Of a DNA stretch of 64,000 nt, positions 1 through 15,000 are shown one piece after another (the stretch's first letter is position 1; every line of letters begins with the position of its first letter). The position numbers and the translations under genes were made by a program. The stretch spans positions 22,816,001-22,880,000 of the forward strand of contig OZ024741.1 in NCBI GenBank assembly GCA_964016885.1, in the 5' to 3' direction. Origin of the DNA: Eledone cirrhosa (taxonomy: Eukaryota). The notes under the pieces were generated by a model. It was not told the origin of the DNA, ran no database searches, and was given only the letters and a program-made list of their open reading frames with translations.

Positions 1-3000
1 GACAGTAATAACAATATATAGGAGCTGGCTAGAATAGACTGACAGTAATAACAATATATAGGGGCTGGCTAGAATAGACTGACAGTAATAACAATATATA
101 GGGGCTGGCTAGAATAGACTGTGACAGTAATAACAATATATAGGAGCTGGCTAGAATAGACTGTGACAGTGATAACAATATATAGGGGCTGGCTAGAATA
201 GACTGTGACAGTGATAACAATATATAGGGGCTGGCTAGAATAGACTGTGACAGTAATAACAATATATAGGAGCTGGCTATAATAGACTGACAGTAATAAC
301 AATATATAGGGGCTGGCTAGAATAGACTGTGACAGTGATAACAATATATAGGGGTTGGCTAGATAGACTGTGACAGTCATAACAATATATAGGGGCTGGC
401 TAGAATAGACTGTGACAGTAATAACAATATATAGGGGTTGGCTAGAATAGACTGTGACAGTAATAACAATATATAGGGGCTGGCTAGAATAGACTGAGAG
501 TAATAACAATATATAGGGGCTGGCTAGAATAGACTGACAGTAATAACAATATATAGGGGTTGGCTAGAATAGACTGTGACAGTAATAACAATATATAGGG
601 GCTGGCTAGAATAGACTGTGACAGTAATAACAATATATAGGGGCTGGCTAGAATAGACTGTGACAGTAATAACAATATATAGGGGCTGGCTAGAATAGAC
701 TGAGACAGTAATAACAATATATAGGGGTTGGCTAGAATAGACTGTGACAGTGATAACAATATATAGGGGCTGGCTAGAATAGACTGTGACAGTAATAACA
801 ATATATAGGGGTTGGCTAGAATAGACTGACAGTAATAACAATATATAGGGGCTGGCTAGAATAGACTGACAGTAATAACAATATATAGGGGCTGGCTACA
901 ATAGACTGTGACAGTAATAACAATATATAGGGACTGGCTAGAATAGACTGACAGTAATAACAATATATAGGGGCTGGCTAGAATAGACTGACAGTAATAA
1001 CAATATATAGGGGCTGGCTAGAATAGACTGTGACAGTAATAACAGTATATAGGGGCTGGGTAGAATAGACTGTGACAGTAATAACAATATATAGGGGCTG
1101 GCTAGAATAGACTGAGACAGTAATAACAATATATAGGGGCTGGCTAGAATAGACTGTGACAGTGATAATATATAGGGGCTGGCTAGAATAGACTGTGACA
1201 GTAATAACAATATATAGGGGCTGGCTAGAATAGACTGTGAGAGTAATAACAATATATAGGGGTTGGCTAGAATAGACTGTGACAGTAATAACAATATATA
1301 GGGGTTGGCTAGAATAGACTGTGACAGTAATAACAATATATAGGGGTTGGCTAGAATAGACTGTGACAGTAATAACAATATATAGGGGCTGGCTAGAATA
1401 GACTGTGACAGTGATAACAATATATAGGGGCTGGCTAGAATAGACTGTGACAGTAATAACAATGTATAGGGGCTGGCTAGAATAGACTGTGACAGTAATA
1501 ACAATATATAGGGGCTGGCTAGAATAGACTGTGACAGTAATAACAATATATAGGGGCTGGCTAGAATAGACTGACAGTAATAACAATATATAGGAGCTGG
1601 CTAGAATAGACTGACAGTAATAACAATATATAGGGGCTGGCTAGAATAGACTGACAGTAATAACAATATATAGGGGCTGGCTAGAATAGACTGTGACAGT
1701 AATAACAATATATAGGAGCTGGCTAGAATAGACTGTGACAGTGATAACAATATATAGGGGCTGGCTAGAATAGACTGTGACAGTGATAACAATATATAGG
1801 GGCTGGCTAGAATAGACTGTGACAGTAATAACAATATATAGGAGCTGGCTATAATAGACTGACAGTAATAACAATATATAGGGGCTGGCTAGAATAGACT
1901 GTGACAGTGATAACAATATATAGGGGTTGGCTAGATAGACTGTGACAGTCATAACAATATATAGGGGCTGGCTAGAATAGACTGTGACAGTAATAACAAT
2001 ATATAGGGGTTGGCTAGATAGACTGTGACAGTCATAACAATATATAGGGGCTGGCTAGAATAGACTGTGACAGTAATAACAATATATAGGGGTTGGCTAG
2101 AATAGACTGTGACAGTAATAACAATATATAGGGGCTGGCTAGAATAGACTGAGAGTAATAACAATATATAGGGGCTGGCTAGAATAGACTGACAGTAATA
2201 ACAATATATAGGGGTTGGCTAGAATAGACTGTGACAGTAATAACAATATATAGGGGCTGGCTAGAATAGACTGTGACAGTAATAACAATATATAGGGGCT
2301 GGCTAGAATAGACTGTGACAGTAATAACAATATATAGGGGCTGGCTAGAATAGACTGAGACAGTAATAACAATATATAGGGGTTGGCTAGAATAGACTGT
2401 GACAGTGATAACAATATATAGGGGCTGGCTAGAATAGACTGTGACAGTAATAACAATATATAGGGGTTGGCTAGAATAGACTGACAGTAATAACAATATA
2501 TAGGGGCTGGCTAGAATAGACTGACAGTAATAACAATATATAGGGGCTGGCTACAATAGACTGTGACAGTAATAACAATATATAGGGGCTGGCTAGAATA
2601 GACTGACAGTAATAACAATATATAGGGGCTGGCTAGAATAGACTGACAGTAATAACAATATATAGGGGCTGGCTAGAATAGACTGTGACAGTAATAACAG
2701 TATATAGGGGCTGGGTAGAATAGACTGTGACAGTAATAACAATATATAGGGGCTGGCTAGAATAGACTGAGACAGTAATAACAATATATAGGGGCTGGCT
2801 AGAATAGACTGTGACAGTGATAATATATAGGGGCTGGCTAGAATAGACTGTGACAGTAATAACAATATATAGGGGCTGGCTAGAATAGACTGTGAGAGTA
2901 ATAACAATATATAGGGGTTGGCTAGAATAGACTGTAACAGTAATAACAATATATAGGGGTTGGCTAGAATAGACTGTGACAGTAATAACAATATATAGGG

Positions 3001-6000
3001 GTTGGCTAGAATAGACTGTGACAGTAATAACAATATATAGGGGCTGGCTAGAATAGACTGTGACAGTGATAACAATATATAGGGGCTGGCTAGAATAGAC
3101 TGTGACAGTAATAACAATATATAGGGGCTGGCTAGAATAGACTGTGACAGTAATAACAATATATAGGGGCTGGCTAGAATAGACTGTGACAGTAATAACA
3201 ATATATAGGGGCTGGCTAGAATAGACTGACAGTAATAACAATATATAGGGGTTGGCTAGAATAGACTGTGACAGTAATAATATATAGGGGCTGGCTAGAA
3301 TAGACTGTGACAGTGATAACAATATATAGGGGCTGGCTAGAATAGACTGTGAGAGTAATAACAATATATAGGGGTTGACTAGAATAGACTGTGACGGTAA
3401 TAACAATATATAGGGGTTGGCTAGAATAGACTGTGACAGTAATAACAATATGTAGGGGTTGGCTAGAATAGACTGTGACAGTAATAACAATATATAGGGG
3501 TTGGCTAGAATAGACTGTGACAGTAATAACAATATATAGGGGCTGGCTAGAATAGACTGTGACAGTAATAACAATATATAGGGGTTGGCTAGAATAGACT
3601 GTGACAGTAATAACCATATATAGGGGCTGGCTAGAATAGACAGTGACAGTAATAACGATATATAGGGGTTGGCTAGAATAGACTGTGACAGTAATAACAA
3701 TATATAGGGGCTGGCTAGAATAGACTGACAGTAATAACAATATATAGGGGCTGGCTAGAATAGACTGAGACAGTAATAACAATATATAGGGGTTGGCTAG
3801 AATAGACTGTGACAGTAATAACAATATATAGGGGCTGGCTAGAATAGACTGACAGTAATAACAATATATAGGAGCTGGCTAGAATAGACTGACAGTAATA
3901 ACAATATATAGGGGCTGGCTAGAATAGACTGTGACAGTAATAACAATGTATAGGGGTTGGCTAGAATAGACTGTGACAGTAATAACAATATATAGGGGTT
4001 GGCTAGAATAGACTGTGACAGTAATAACAATATATAGGGGCTGGCTAGAATAGAATGTGACAGTAATAACAATGTATAGGGGTTGGCTAGAATAGACTGT
4101 GACAGTAATAACAATATATAGGGGTTGGCTAGAATAGACTGTGACAGTAATAACAATATATAGGGGCTGGCTAGAATAGACTGACAGTAATAACAATATA
4201 TAGGGACTGGCTAGAATAGACTGTGACAGTAATAACAATATATAGGGGTTGGCTAGAATAGACTGTGACAGTAATAACAATATATAGGGGCTGGCTAGAA
4301 TAGACTGACAGTAATAACAATATATAGGAGCTGGCTAGAATAGACTGACAGTAATAACAATATATAGGGGCTGGCTAGAATAGACTGTGACAGTAATAAC
4401 AATGTATAGGGGTTGGCTAGAATAGACTGTGACAGTAATAACAATATATAGGGGTTGGCTAGAATAGACTGTGACAGTAATAACAATATATAGGGGCTGG
4501 CTAGAATAGAATGTGACAGTAATAACGATATATAGGGGTTGGCTAGAATAGACTGACAGTAATAGCAATATATAGGGGTTGGCTAGAATAGACTGACAGT
4601 AATAACAATGTATAGGGGTTGGCTAGAATAGACTGTGACAGTAATAACAATATATAGGGGCTGGCTAGAATAGACTGTGACAGTAATAGCAATATATAGG
4701 GGCTGGCTAGAATAGACTGACAGTAATAACAATATATAGGAGCTGGCTAGAATAGACTGACAGTAATAACGATATATAGGGGCTGGCTAGAATATACTGA
4801 CAGTAATAACAATATATAGGGGCTGGCTAGAATAGACTGAGACAGTAATAACAATATATAGGGGCTGGCTAGAATAGACTGTGACAGTAATAACAATATA
4901 TAGGAGCTGGCTAGAATAGACTGACAGTAATAACAATATATAGGGGCTGGCTAGAATAGACTGTGACAGTAATAACAATATATAGGGGTTGGCTAGAATA
5001 GACTGTGACAGTAACAATATATAGGGGCTGGCTAGAATAGACGGTGACAGTAATAACAATATATAGGGGTTGGCTAGAATAGACTGAGACAGTAATAACA
5101 ATATATAGGAGCTGGCTACAATAGACTGTGAAAGTAATAACAATATATAGGAGCTGGCTAGAATAGACTGACAGTAATAACAATATATAGGGGCTGGCTA
5201 GAATAGACTGACAGTAATAACAATATATAGGGGCTGGCTACAATAGACTGACAGTAATAACAATATATAGGGGCTGGCTAGAATAGACTGTGACAGTAAT
5301 AACAATATATAGGGGCTGGCTAGAATAGACTGACAGTAATAACAATATATAGGGGCTGGCTAGAATAGACTGTGACAGTGATAACAATATATAGGGGCTG
5401 GCTAGAATAGACTGTGACAGTGATAACAATATATAGGGGTTAGCTATATAGACTGTGACAGTCATAACAATATATAGGGGCTGGCTAGAATAGACTGTGA
5501 CAGTAATAACAATATATAGGGGTTGGCTAGATAGACTGTGACAGTCATAACAATATATAGGGGCTGGCTAGAATAGACTGTGACAGTAATAACAATATAT
5601 AGGGGTTGGCTAGAATAGACTGTGACAGTAATAACAATATATAGGGGCTGGCTAGAATAGACTGACAGTAATAACAATATATAGGGGCTGGCTAGAATAG
5701 ACTGACAGTAATAACAATATATAGGGTTTGGCTAGAATAGACTGTGACAGTAATAACAATATATAGGGGCTGGCTAGAATAGACTGTGACAGTAATAACA
5801 ATATATAGGGGTTGGCTAGAATAGACTGTGACAGTAATAACAATATATAGGGGCTGGCTAGAATAGACTGTGACAGTGATAACAATATATAGGGGCTGGC
5901 TAGAATAGACTGTGACAGTAATAACAATATATAGGGGCTGGCTAGAATAGACTGACAGTAATAACAATATATAGGGGTTGGCTAGAATAGACTGACAGTA

Positions 6001-9000
6001 ATAACAATATATAGGGGCTGGCTAGAATAGACTGACAGTAATAACAATATATAGGGGCTGGCTACAATAGACTGTGACAGTAATAACAATATATAGGGGC
6101 TGGCTAGAATAGACTGACAGTAATAACAATATATAGGAGCTGGCTAGAATAGACTGACAGTAATAACAATATATAGGGGCTGGCTAGAATAGACTGTGAC
6201 AGTAATAACAATATATAGGGGCTGGCTAGAATAGACTGTGACAGTAATAACAATATATAGGGGCTGGCTAGAATAGACTGAGACAGTAATAACAATATAT
6301 AGGGGTTGGCTAGAATAAACTGTGACAGTAACAATAATATATAGGGGCTGGCTACAATAGACTGTGACAGTAATAACAATATATAGGGGTTGGCTAGAAT
6401 AGACTGTGACAGTAATAACAATATATAGGGGCTGGCTAGAATAGACTGTGACAGTAATAACAATATATAGGGGCTGGCTAGAATAGACTGTGACAGTAAT
6501 AACAATATATAGGGGCTGGCTAGAATAGACTGACAGTAATAACAATATATAGGGGTTGGCTAGAATAGACTGTGACAGTAATAACAATATATAGGGGCTG
6601 GCTAGAATAGACTGTGACAGTGATAACAATATATAGGGGCTGGCTAGAATAGACTGTGACAGTAATAACAATATATAGGGGTTGGCTAGAATAGACTGTG
6701 ACAGTAATAACAATATATAGGGGTTGGCTAGAATAGACTGTGACAGTAATAACAATATATAGGGGCTGGCTAGAATAGACTGTGACAGTAATAACAATAT
6801 ATAGGGGCTGGCTAGAATAGACTGACAGTAATAACAATATATAGGGGCTGGCTAGAATAGACTGTGACAGTAATAACAATATATAGGAGCTGGCTAGAAT
6901 AGACTGACAGTAATAACAATATATAGGGGCTGGCTAGAATAGACTGTGACAGTAATAACAATATATAGGGGCTGGCTAGAATAGACTGACAGTAATAACA
7001 ATATATAGGAGCTGGCTAGAATAGACTGACAGTAATAACAATATATAGGGGCTGGCTAGAATAGACTGTGACAGTAATAACAATATATAGTGGTTGGCTA
7101 GAATAGACTGAGACAGTAATAATATATAGGGGCTGGCTAGAATAGACTGTGACAGTGAAAACAATATATAGGGGCTGGCTAGAATAGACTGTGACAGTAA
7201 TAACAATATATAGGAGCTGGCTATAATAGACTGACAGTAATAACAATATATAGGGGCTGGCTAGAATAGACTGTGACAGTGATAACAATATTTAGGGGTT
7301 GGCTAGATAGACTGTGACAGTCATAACAATATATAGGGGCTGGCTAGAATAGACTGTGACAGTAATAACAATATATAGGGGTTGGCTAGATAGACTGTGA
7401 CAGTCATAACAATATATAGGGGCTGGCTAGAATAGACTGTGACAGTAATAACAATATAAAGGGGCTGGCTAGAATAGACTGAGACAGTAATAACAATATA
7501 TAGGGGTCGGCTAGAATAGACTGAGACGGTAATAACAATATATAGGGGCTGGCTAGAATAGACTGTGACAGTAATAACAATATATAGGGGTTGGCTAGAA
7601 TAGACTGTGACAGTAATAACAATATATAGGGGCTGGCTAGATAGACTGAGACAGTAATAACAATATATAGGGGCTGGCTAGAATAGAGTGACAGTAATAA
7701 CAATATATAGGGGCTGGCTAGAATAGACTGTGACAGTAATAACAATATATAGGGGCTGGCTAGAATAGACTGTGACAGTAATAACAACATATAGGGGTTG
7801 GCTAGAATAGACTGTGACAGTAATAACAATATATAGGGGCTGGCTAGAATAGACTGTGACAGTAATAAAAATATATAGGGGCTGGCTAGAATAGACTGAC
7901 AGTAATAACAATATATAGGGGCTGGCTAGAATAGACTGTGACAGTAATAACAACATATAGGGGTTGGCTAGAATAGACTGACAGTAATAACAATATATAG
8001 GGGCTGGCTAGATAGACTGTGACAGTAAGAACAATATATAGGGGCTGGCTAGAATAGACTGACAGTAATAACAATATATAGGGGCTGGCTAGAATAGACT
8101 GTGACAGTAATAACAACATATAGGGGTTGGATAGAATAGACTGACAGTAATAACAATATATAGGGGCTGGCTAGATAGACTGTGACAGTAAGAACAATAT
8201 ATAGGGGCTGGCTAGAATAGACTGTGACAGTAATAACAATATATAGGGGCTGGCTCGAATAGACTGAGACAGTAATAACAATATATAGGGGTTGGCTAGA
8301 ATAGACTGTGACAGTAATAACAATATATAGGGGTTGGCTAGATAGACTGTGACAGTAATAATAATATATAGGGGTTGGCTAGAATAGACTGTGACAGTAA
8401 TAACAATATATAGGGGTTGGCTAGATAGACTGTGACAGTAATAATATATAGGGGTTGGCTAGAATAGACTGAGAGTAATAACAATATATAGGGGCTGGCT
8501 AGATAGACTGTGACAGTAATAACAATATATAGGGGTTGGCTAGAATAGACTGTGACAGTAATAACAATATATAGGGGTTGGCTAGATAGACTGTGACAGT
8601 AATAACAATATATAGGGGCTGGCTAGAATAGACTGAGACAGTAATAACAATATATAGGGGCTGGCTAGAATAGACTGAGACAGTAATAACAATATATAGG
8701 GGTTGGCTAGAATAGACTGTGACAGTAATAACAATATATAGGGGTTGGCTAGATAGACTGTGACAGTAATAATATATAGGGGTTGGCTAGAATAGACTGT
8801 GACAGTAATAACAATATATAGGGGTTGGCTAGATAGACTGTGACAGAAATAACAATATATAGGGGTTGGCTAGAATAGACTGTGACAGTAATAACATTAT
8901 ATAGGGGTTGGCTAGATAGACTGTGACAGTAATAACAATATATAGGGGCTGGCTAGAATAGACTGAGACAGTAATAACAATATATAGGGGCTGGCTAGAT

Positions 9001-12000
9001 AGACTGAGACAGTAATAACAATATATAGGGGCTGGCTAGAATAGAATGACAGTAATAACAATATATAGGGGCTGGCTAGAATAGACTGTGACAGTAATAA
9101 AAATATATAGGGGCTGGCTAGAATAGACTGACAGTAATAACAATATATAGGGGCTGGCTAGAATAGACTGTGACAGTAATAACAACATATAGGGGCTGGC
9201 TAGAATAGACTGTGACAGTAATAACAATATATAGGGGCTGGCTAGAATAGACTGAGACAGTAATAACAATATATAGGGGTTGGCTAGAATAGACTGAGAC
9301 AGTAATAACAATATATAGGGGCTGGCTAGAATAGACTGTGACAGTAATAACAATATATAGGGGTTGGCTAGAATAGACTGTGACAGTAATAACAATATAT
9401 AGGGGCTGGCTAGATAGACTGAGACAGTAATAACAATATATAGCGGCTGGCTAGAATAGAATGACAGTAATAACAATATATAGGGGCTGGCTAGAATAGA
9501 CTGTGACAGTAATAACAATATATAGGGGTTGGCTAGAATAGACTGTGACAGTAATAACAATATATAGGGGCTGGCTAGATAGCCTGAGGCAGTAATAACA
9601 ATATATAGGGGCTGGCTAGATAGACTGAGACAGTAATAACAATATATAGGGGCTGGCTAGAATAGAGTGACAGTAATAACAATATATAGGGGCTGGCTAG
9701 AATAGACTGTGACAGTAATAACAATATATAGGGGCTGGCTAGAATAGACTGACAGTAATAACAATATATAGGGGTTGGCTAGAATAGACTGTGACAGTAA
9801 TAACAATATATAGGGGCTGGCTAGAATAGACTGTGAAAGTGATAACAATATATAGGGGCTGGCTAGAATAGACTGTGACAGTAATAACAACATATAGGGG
9901 TTGGCTAGAATAGACTGTGACAGTAATAACAATATATAGGGGCTGGCTAGAATAGACTGTGACAGTAATAAAAATATATAGGGGCTGGCTAGAATAGACT
10001 GACAGTAATAACAATATATAGGGGCTGGCTAGAATAGACTGTGACAGTAATAACAACATATAGGGGTTGGCTAGAATAGACTGACAGTAATAACAATATA
10101 TAGGGGCTGGCTAGATAGACTGTGACAGTAAGAACAATATATAGGGGCTGGCTAGAATAGACTGACAGTAATAACAATATATAGGGGCTGGCTAGAATAG
10201 ACTGTGACAGTAATAACAACATATAGGGGTTGGATAGAATAGACTGACAGTAATAACAATATATAGGGGCTGGCTAGATTGACTGTGACAGTAAGAACAA
10301 TATATAGGGGCTGGCTAGAATAGACTGTGACAGTAATAACAATATATAGGGGCTGGCTAGAATAGACTGAGACAGTAATAACAATATATAGGGGTTGGCT
10401 AGAATAGACTGTGACAGTAATAACAATATATAGGGGTTGGCTAGATAGACTGTGACAGTAATAACAATATATAGGGGCTGGCTAGAATAGACTGAGACAG
10501 TAATAACAATATATAGGGGTTGGCTAGATAGACTGTGACAGTAATAACAATATATAGGGGCTGGCTAGAATAGAATGACAGTAATAACAATATATAGGGG
10601 CTGGCTAGAATAGACTGTGACAGTAATAATATATAGGGGTTGGCTAGAATAGACTGTGACAGTAATAACAATATATAGGGGTTGGCTAGATAGACTGTGA
10701 CAGTAATAACAATATATAGGGGTTGGCTAGAATAGACTGTGACAGTAATAACATTATATAGGGGTTGGCTAGATAGACTGTGACAGTAATAACAATATAT
10801 AGGGGCTGGCTAGAATAGACTGAGACAGTAATAACAATATATAGGGGCTGGCTAGAATAGACTGAGACAGTAATAACCATATATAGGGGCTGGCTAGATA
10901 GACTGAGACAGTAATAACAATATATAGGGGCTGGCTAGAATAGAATGACAGTAATAACAATATATAGGGGCTGGCTAGAATAGACTGTGACAGTAATAAC
11001 AATATATAGGGGTTGGCTAGAATAGACTGTGACAGTAATAACAATATATAGGGGCTGGCTAGATAGCCTGAGGCAGTAATAACAATATATAGGGGCTGGC
11101 TAGATAGACTGAGACAGTAATAACAATATATAGGGGCTGGCTAGAATAGAGTGACAGTAATAACAATATATAGGGGCTGGCTAGAATAGACTGTGACAGT
11201 AATAACAATATATAGGGGCTGGCTAGAATAGACTGACAGTAATAACAATATATAGGGGCTGGCTAGAATAGACTGTGACAGTAATAACAACATATAGGGG
11301 TTGGCTAGAATAGACTGACAGTAATAACAATATATAGGGGCTAGCTAGATAGACTGTGACAGTAAGAACAATATATAGGGGCTGGCTAGAATAGACTGAC
11401 AGTAATAACAATATATAGGGGCTGGCTAGAATAGACTGTGACAGTAATAACAACATATAGGGGTTGGATAGAATAGACTGACAGTAATAACAATATATAG
11501 GGGCTGGCTAGATAGACTGTAACAGTAAGAACAATATATAGGGGCTGGCTAGAATAGACTGTGACAGTAATAACAATATATAGGGGCTGGCTAGAATAGA
11601 CTGAGACAGTAATAACAATATATAGGGGTTGGCTAGAATAGACTGTGACAGTAATAACAATATATAGGGGTTGGCTAGATAGACTGTGACAGTAATAACA
11701 ATATATAGGGGCTGGCTAGAATAGACTGAGACAGTAATAACAATATATAGGGGTTGGCTAGATAGACTGTGACAGTAATAACAATATATAGGGGTTGGCT
11801 ACAATAGACTGTGACAGTAATAACAATATATAGGGGTTGGCTAGATAGACTGTGACAGTCATAACAATATATAGGGGCTGGCTAGAATAGACTGAGACAG
11901 TAATAACAATATATAGGGGCTGGCTAGAATAGACTGAGACAGTAATAACAATATATAGGGGTTGGCTAGAATAGACTGTGACAGTAATAACAATATATAG

Positions 12001-15000
12001 GGGTTGGCTAGATAGACTGTGACAGTAATAATATATAGGGGTTGGCTAGAATAGACTGTGACAGTAATAACAATATATAGGGGTTGGCTAGATAGACTGT
12101 GACAGTAATAACAATATATAGGGGTTGGCTAGAATAGACTGTGACAGTAATAATATTATATAGGGGTTGGCTAGATAGACTGTGATAGTAATAACAATAT
12201 ATAGGGGCTGGCTAGAATAGACTGAGACAGTAATAACAATATATAGGGGCTGGCTAGAATAGACTGAGACAGTAATAACAATATATAGGGGTTGGCTAGA
12301 ATAGACTGTGACAGTAATAACAATATATAGGGGTTGGCTAGATAGACTGTGACAGTAATAACAATATATAGGGGCTGGCTAGAATAGACTGAGACAGTAA
12401 TAACAATATATAGGGGCTGGCTAGAATAGACTGAGACTAATAACAATATATAGGGGTTGGCTAGAATAGACTGTGACAGTAATAACAATATATAGGGGTT
12501 GGCTAGATAGACTGTGACAGTAATAACAATATATAGGGGTTGGCTAGATAGACTGTGACAGTAATAACAATATATAGGGGTTGGCTAGATAGACTGTGAC
12601 AGTAATAACAATATATAGGGGTTGGCTAGATAGACTGTGACAGTAATAACAATATATAGGGGTTGGCTAGAATAGACTGTGACAGTAATAACAATATATA
12701 GGGGTTGGCTAGATAGACTGTGACAGTAATAACAATATATAGGGGTTGGCTAGAATAGACTGTGACAGTAATAACAATATATAGGGGTTGGCTAGATAGA
12801 CTGTGACAGTAATAACAATATATAGGGGTTGGCTAGATAGACTGTGACAGTAATAACAATATATAGGGGTTGGCTAGATAGACTGTGACAGTAATAACAA
12901 TATATAGGGGTTGGCTAGAATAGACTGTGACAGTAATAACAACATATAGGGGTTGGCTAGATAGACTGTGACAGTAATAACAATATATAGGGGCTGGCTA
13001 GAATAGACCGTGACAGTAATAACAATATATAGGGGTTGGCTAGAATAGACTGACAGTAATAACAATATATAGGGGTTGGCTAGATAGACTGTGACAGTAA
13101 TAACAATATATAGGGGCTGGCTAGAATAGACTGACAGTAATAACAATATATAGGGGTTGGCTAGATAGACTGTGACAGTAATAACAATATATAGGGGTTG
13201 GCTAGAATAGACTGTGACAGTAATAACAATATATAGGGGTTGGCTAGAATAGACTGAGACAGTAATAACAATATATAGGGGTGGCTAGAATAGACTGTGA
13301 CAGTAATAACAATATATAGGGGCTGGCTAGAATAGACTGTGACAGTAATAACAATATATAGGGGTTGGCTAGAATAGACTGACAGTAATAACAATATATA
13401 GGGGTTGGCTAGATAGACTGTGACAGTAATAACAATATATAGGGGTTGGCTAGAATAGACTGTGACAGTAATAACAATATATAGGGGTTGGCTAGAATAG
13501 ACTGAGACAGTAATAACAATATATAGGGGTGGCTAGAATAGACTGTGACAGTAATAACAATATATAGGGGCTGGCTAGAATAGACTGTGACAGTAATAAC
13601 AATATATAGGGGCTGGCTAGAATAGACTGACAGTAATAACAATATATAGGGGTTGGCTAGATAGACTGTGACAGTAATAACAATATATAGGGGTTGGCTA
13701 GAATAGACTGTGACAGTAATAACAATATATAGGGGTTGGCTAGAATAGACTGAGACAGTAATAACAATATATAGGGGTGGCTAGAATAGACTGTGACAGT
13801 AATAACAATATATAGGGGCTGGCTAGAATAGACTGTGACAGTAATAACAATATATAGGGGTTGGCTAGATAGACTGTGACAGTAATAACAATATATAGGG
13901 GTTGGCTAGAATAGACTGTGACAGTAATAACAATATATAGGGGTTGGCTAGAATAGACTGAGACAGTAATAACAATATATAGGGGTGGCTAGAATAGACT
14001 GTGACAGTAAGAACAATATATAGGGGCTGGCTAGAATAGACTGTGACAGTAATAACAATATATAGGGGTTGGCTAGATAGACTGTGACAGTAATAACAAT
14101 ATATAGGGGCTGGCTAGAATAGACTGAGACAGTAATAACAATATATAGGGGCTGGCTAGAATAGACTGAGACAGTAATAACAATATATAGGGGTTGGCTA
14201 GAATAGACTGTGACAGTAATAACAATATATAGGGGTTGGCTAGATAGACTGTGACAGTAATAACAATATATAGGGGTTGGCTAGAATAGACTGTGACAGT
14301 AATAACAATATATAGGGGTTGGCTAGAATAGACTGTGACAGTGATAACAATATATAGGGGCTGGCTAGAATAGACTGTGACAGTAATAACAATATATAGG
14401 GGTTGGCTAGATAGACTGTGACAGTAATAACAATATATAGGGGCTGGCTAGAATAGACTGAGACAGTAATAACAATATATAGGGGCTGGCTAGAATAGAC
14501 TGAGACAGTAATAACAATATATAGGGGTTGGCTAGAATAGACTGTGACAGTAATAACAATATATAGGGGTTGGCTAGATAGACTGTGACAGTAATAACAA
14601 TATATAGGGGTTGGCTAGAATAGACTGTGACAGTAATAACAATATATAGGGGTTGGCTAGAATAGACTGTGACAGTGATAACAATATATAGGGGTTGGCT
14701 AGAATAGACTGTGACAGTAATAACAATATATAGGGGCTGGCTAGAATAGACTGACAGTAATAACAATATATAGGGGCTGGCTAGAATAGACTGAGACAGT
14801 AATAACAATATATAGGGGCTGGCTAGAATAGACTGAGACAGTAATAACAATATATAGGGGTTGGCTAGAATAGACTGTGACAGTAATAACAATATATAGG
14901 GGTTGGCTAGATAGACTGTGACAGTAATAACAATATATAGGGGTTGGCTAGATAGACTGTGACAGTAATAACAATATATAGGGGTTGGCTAGAATAGACT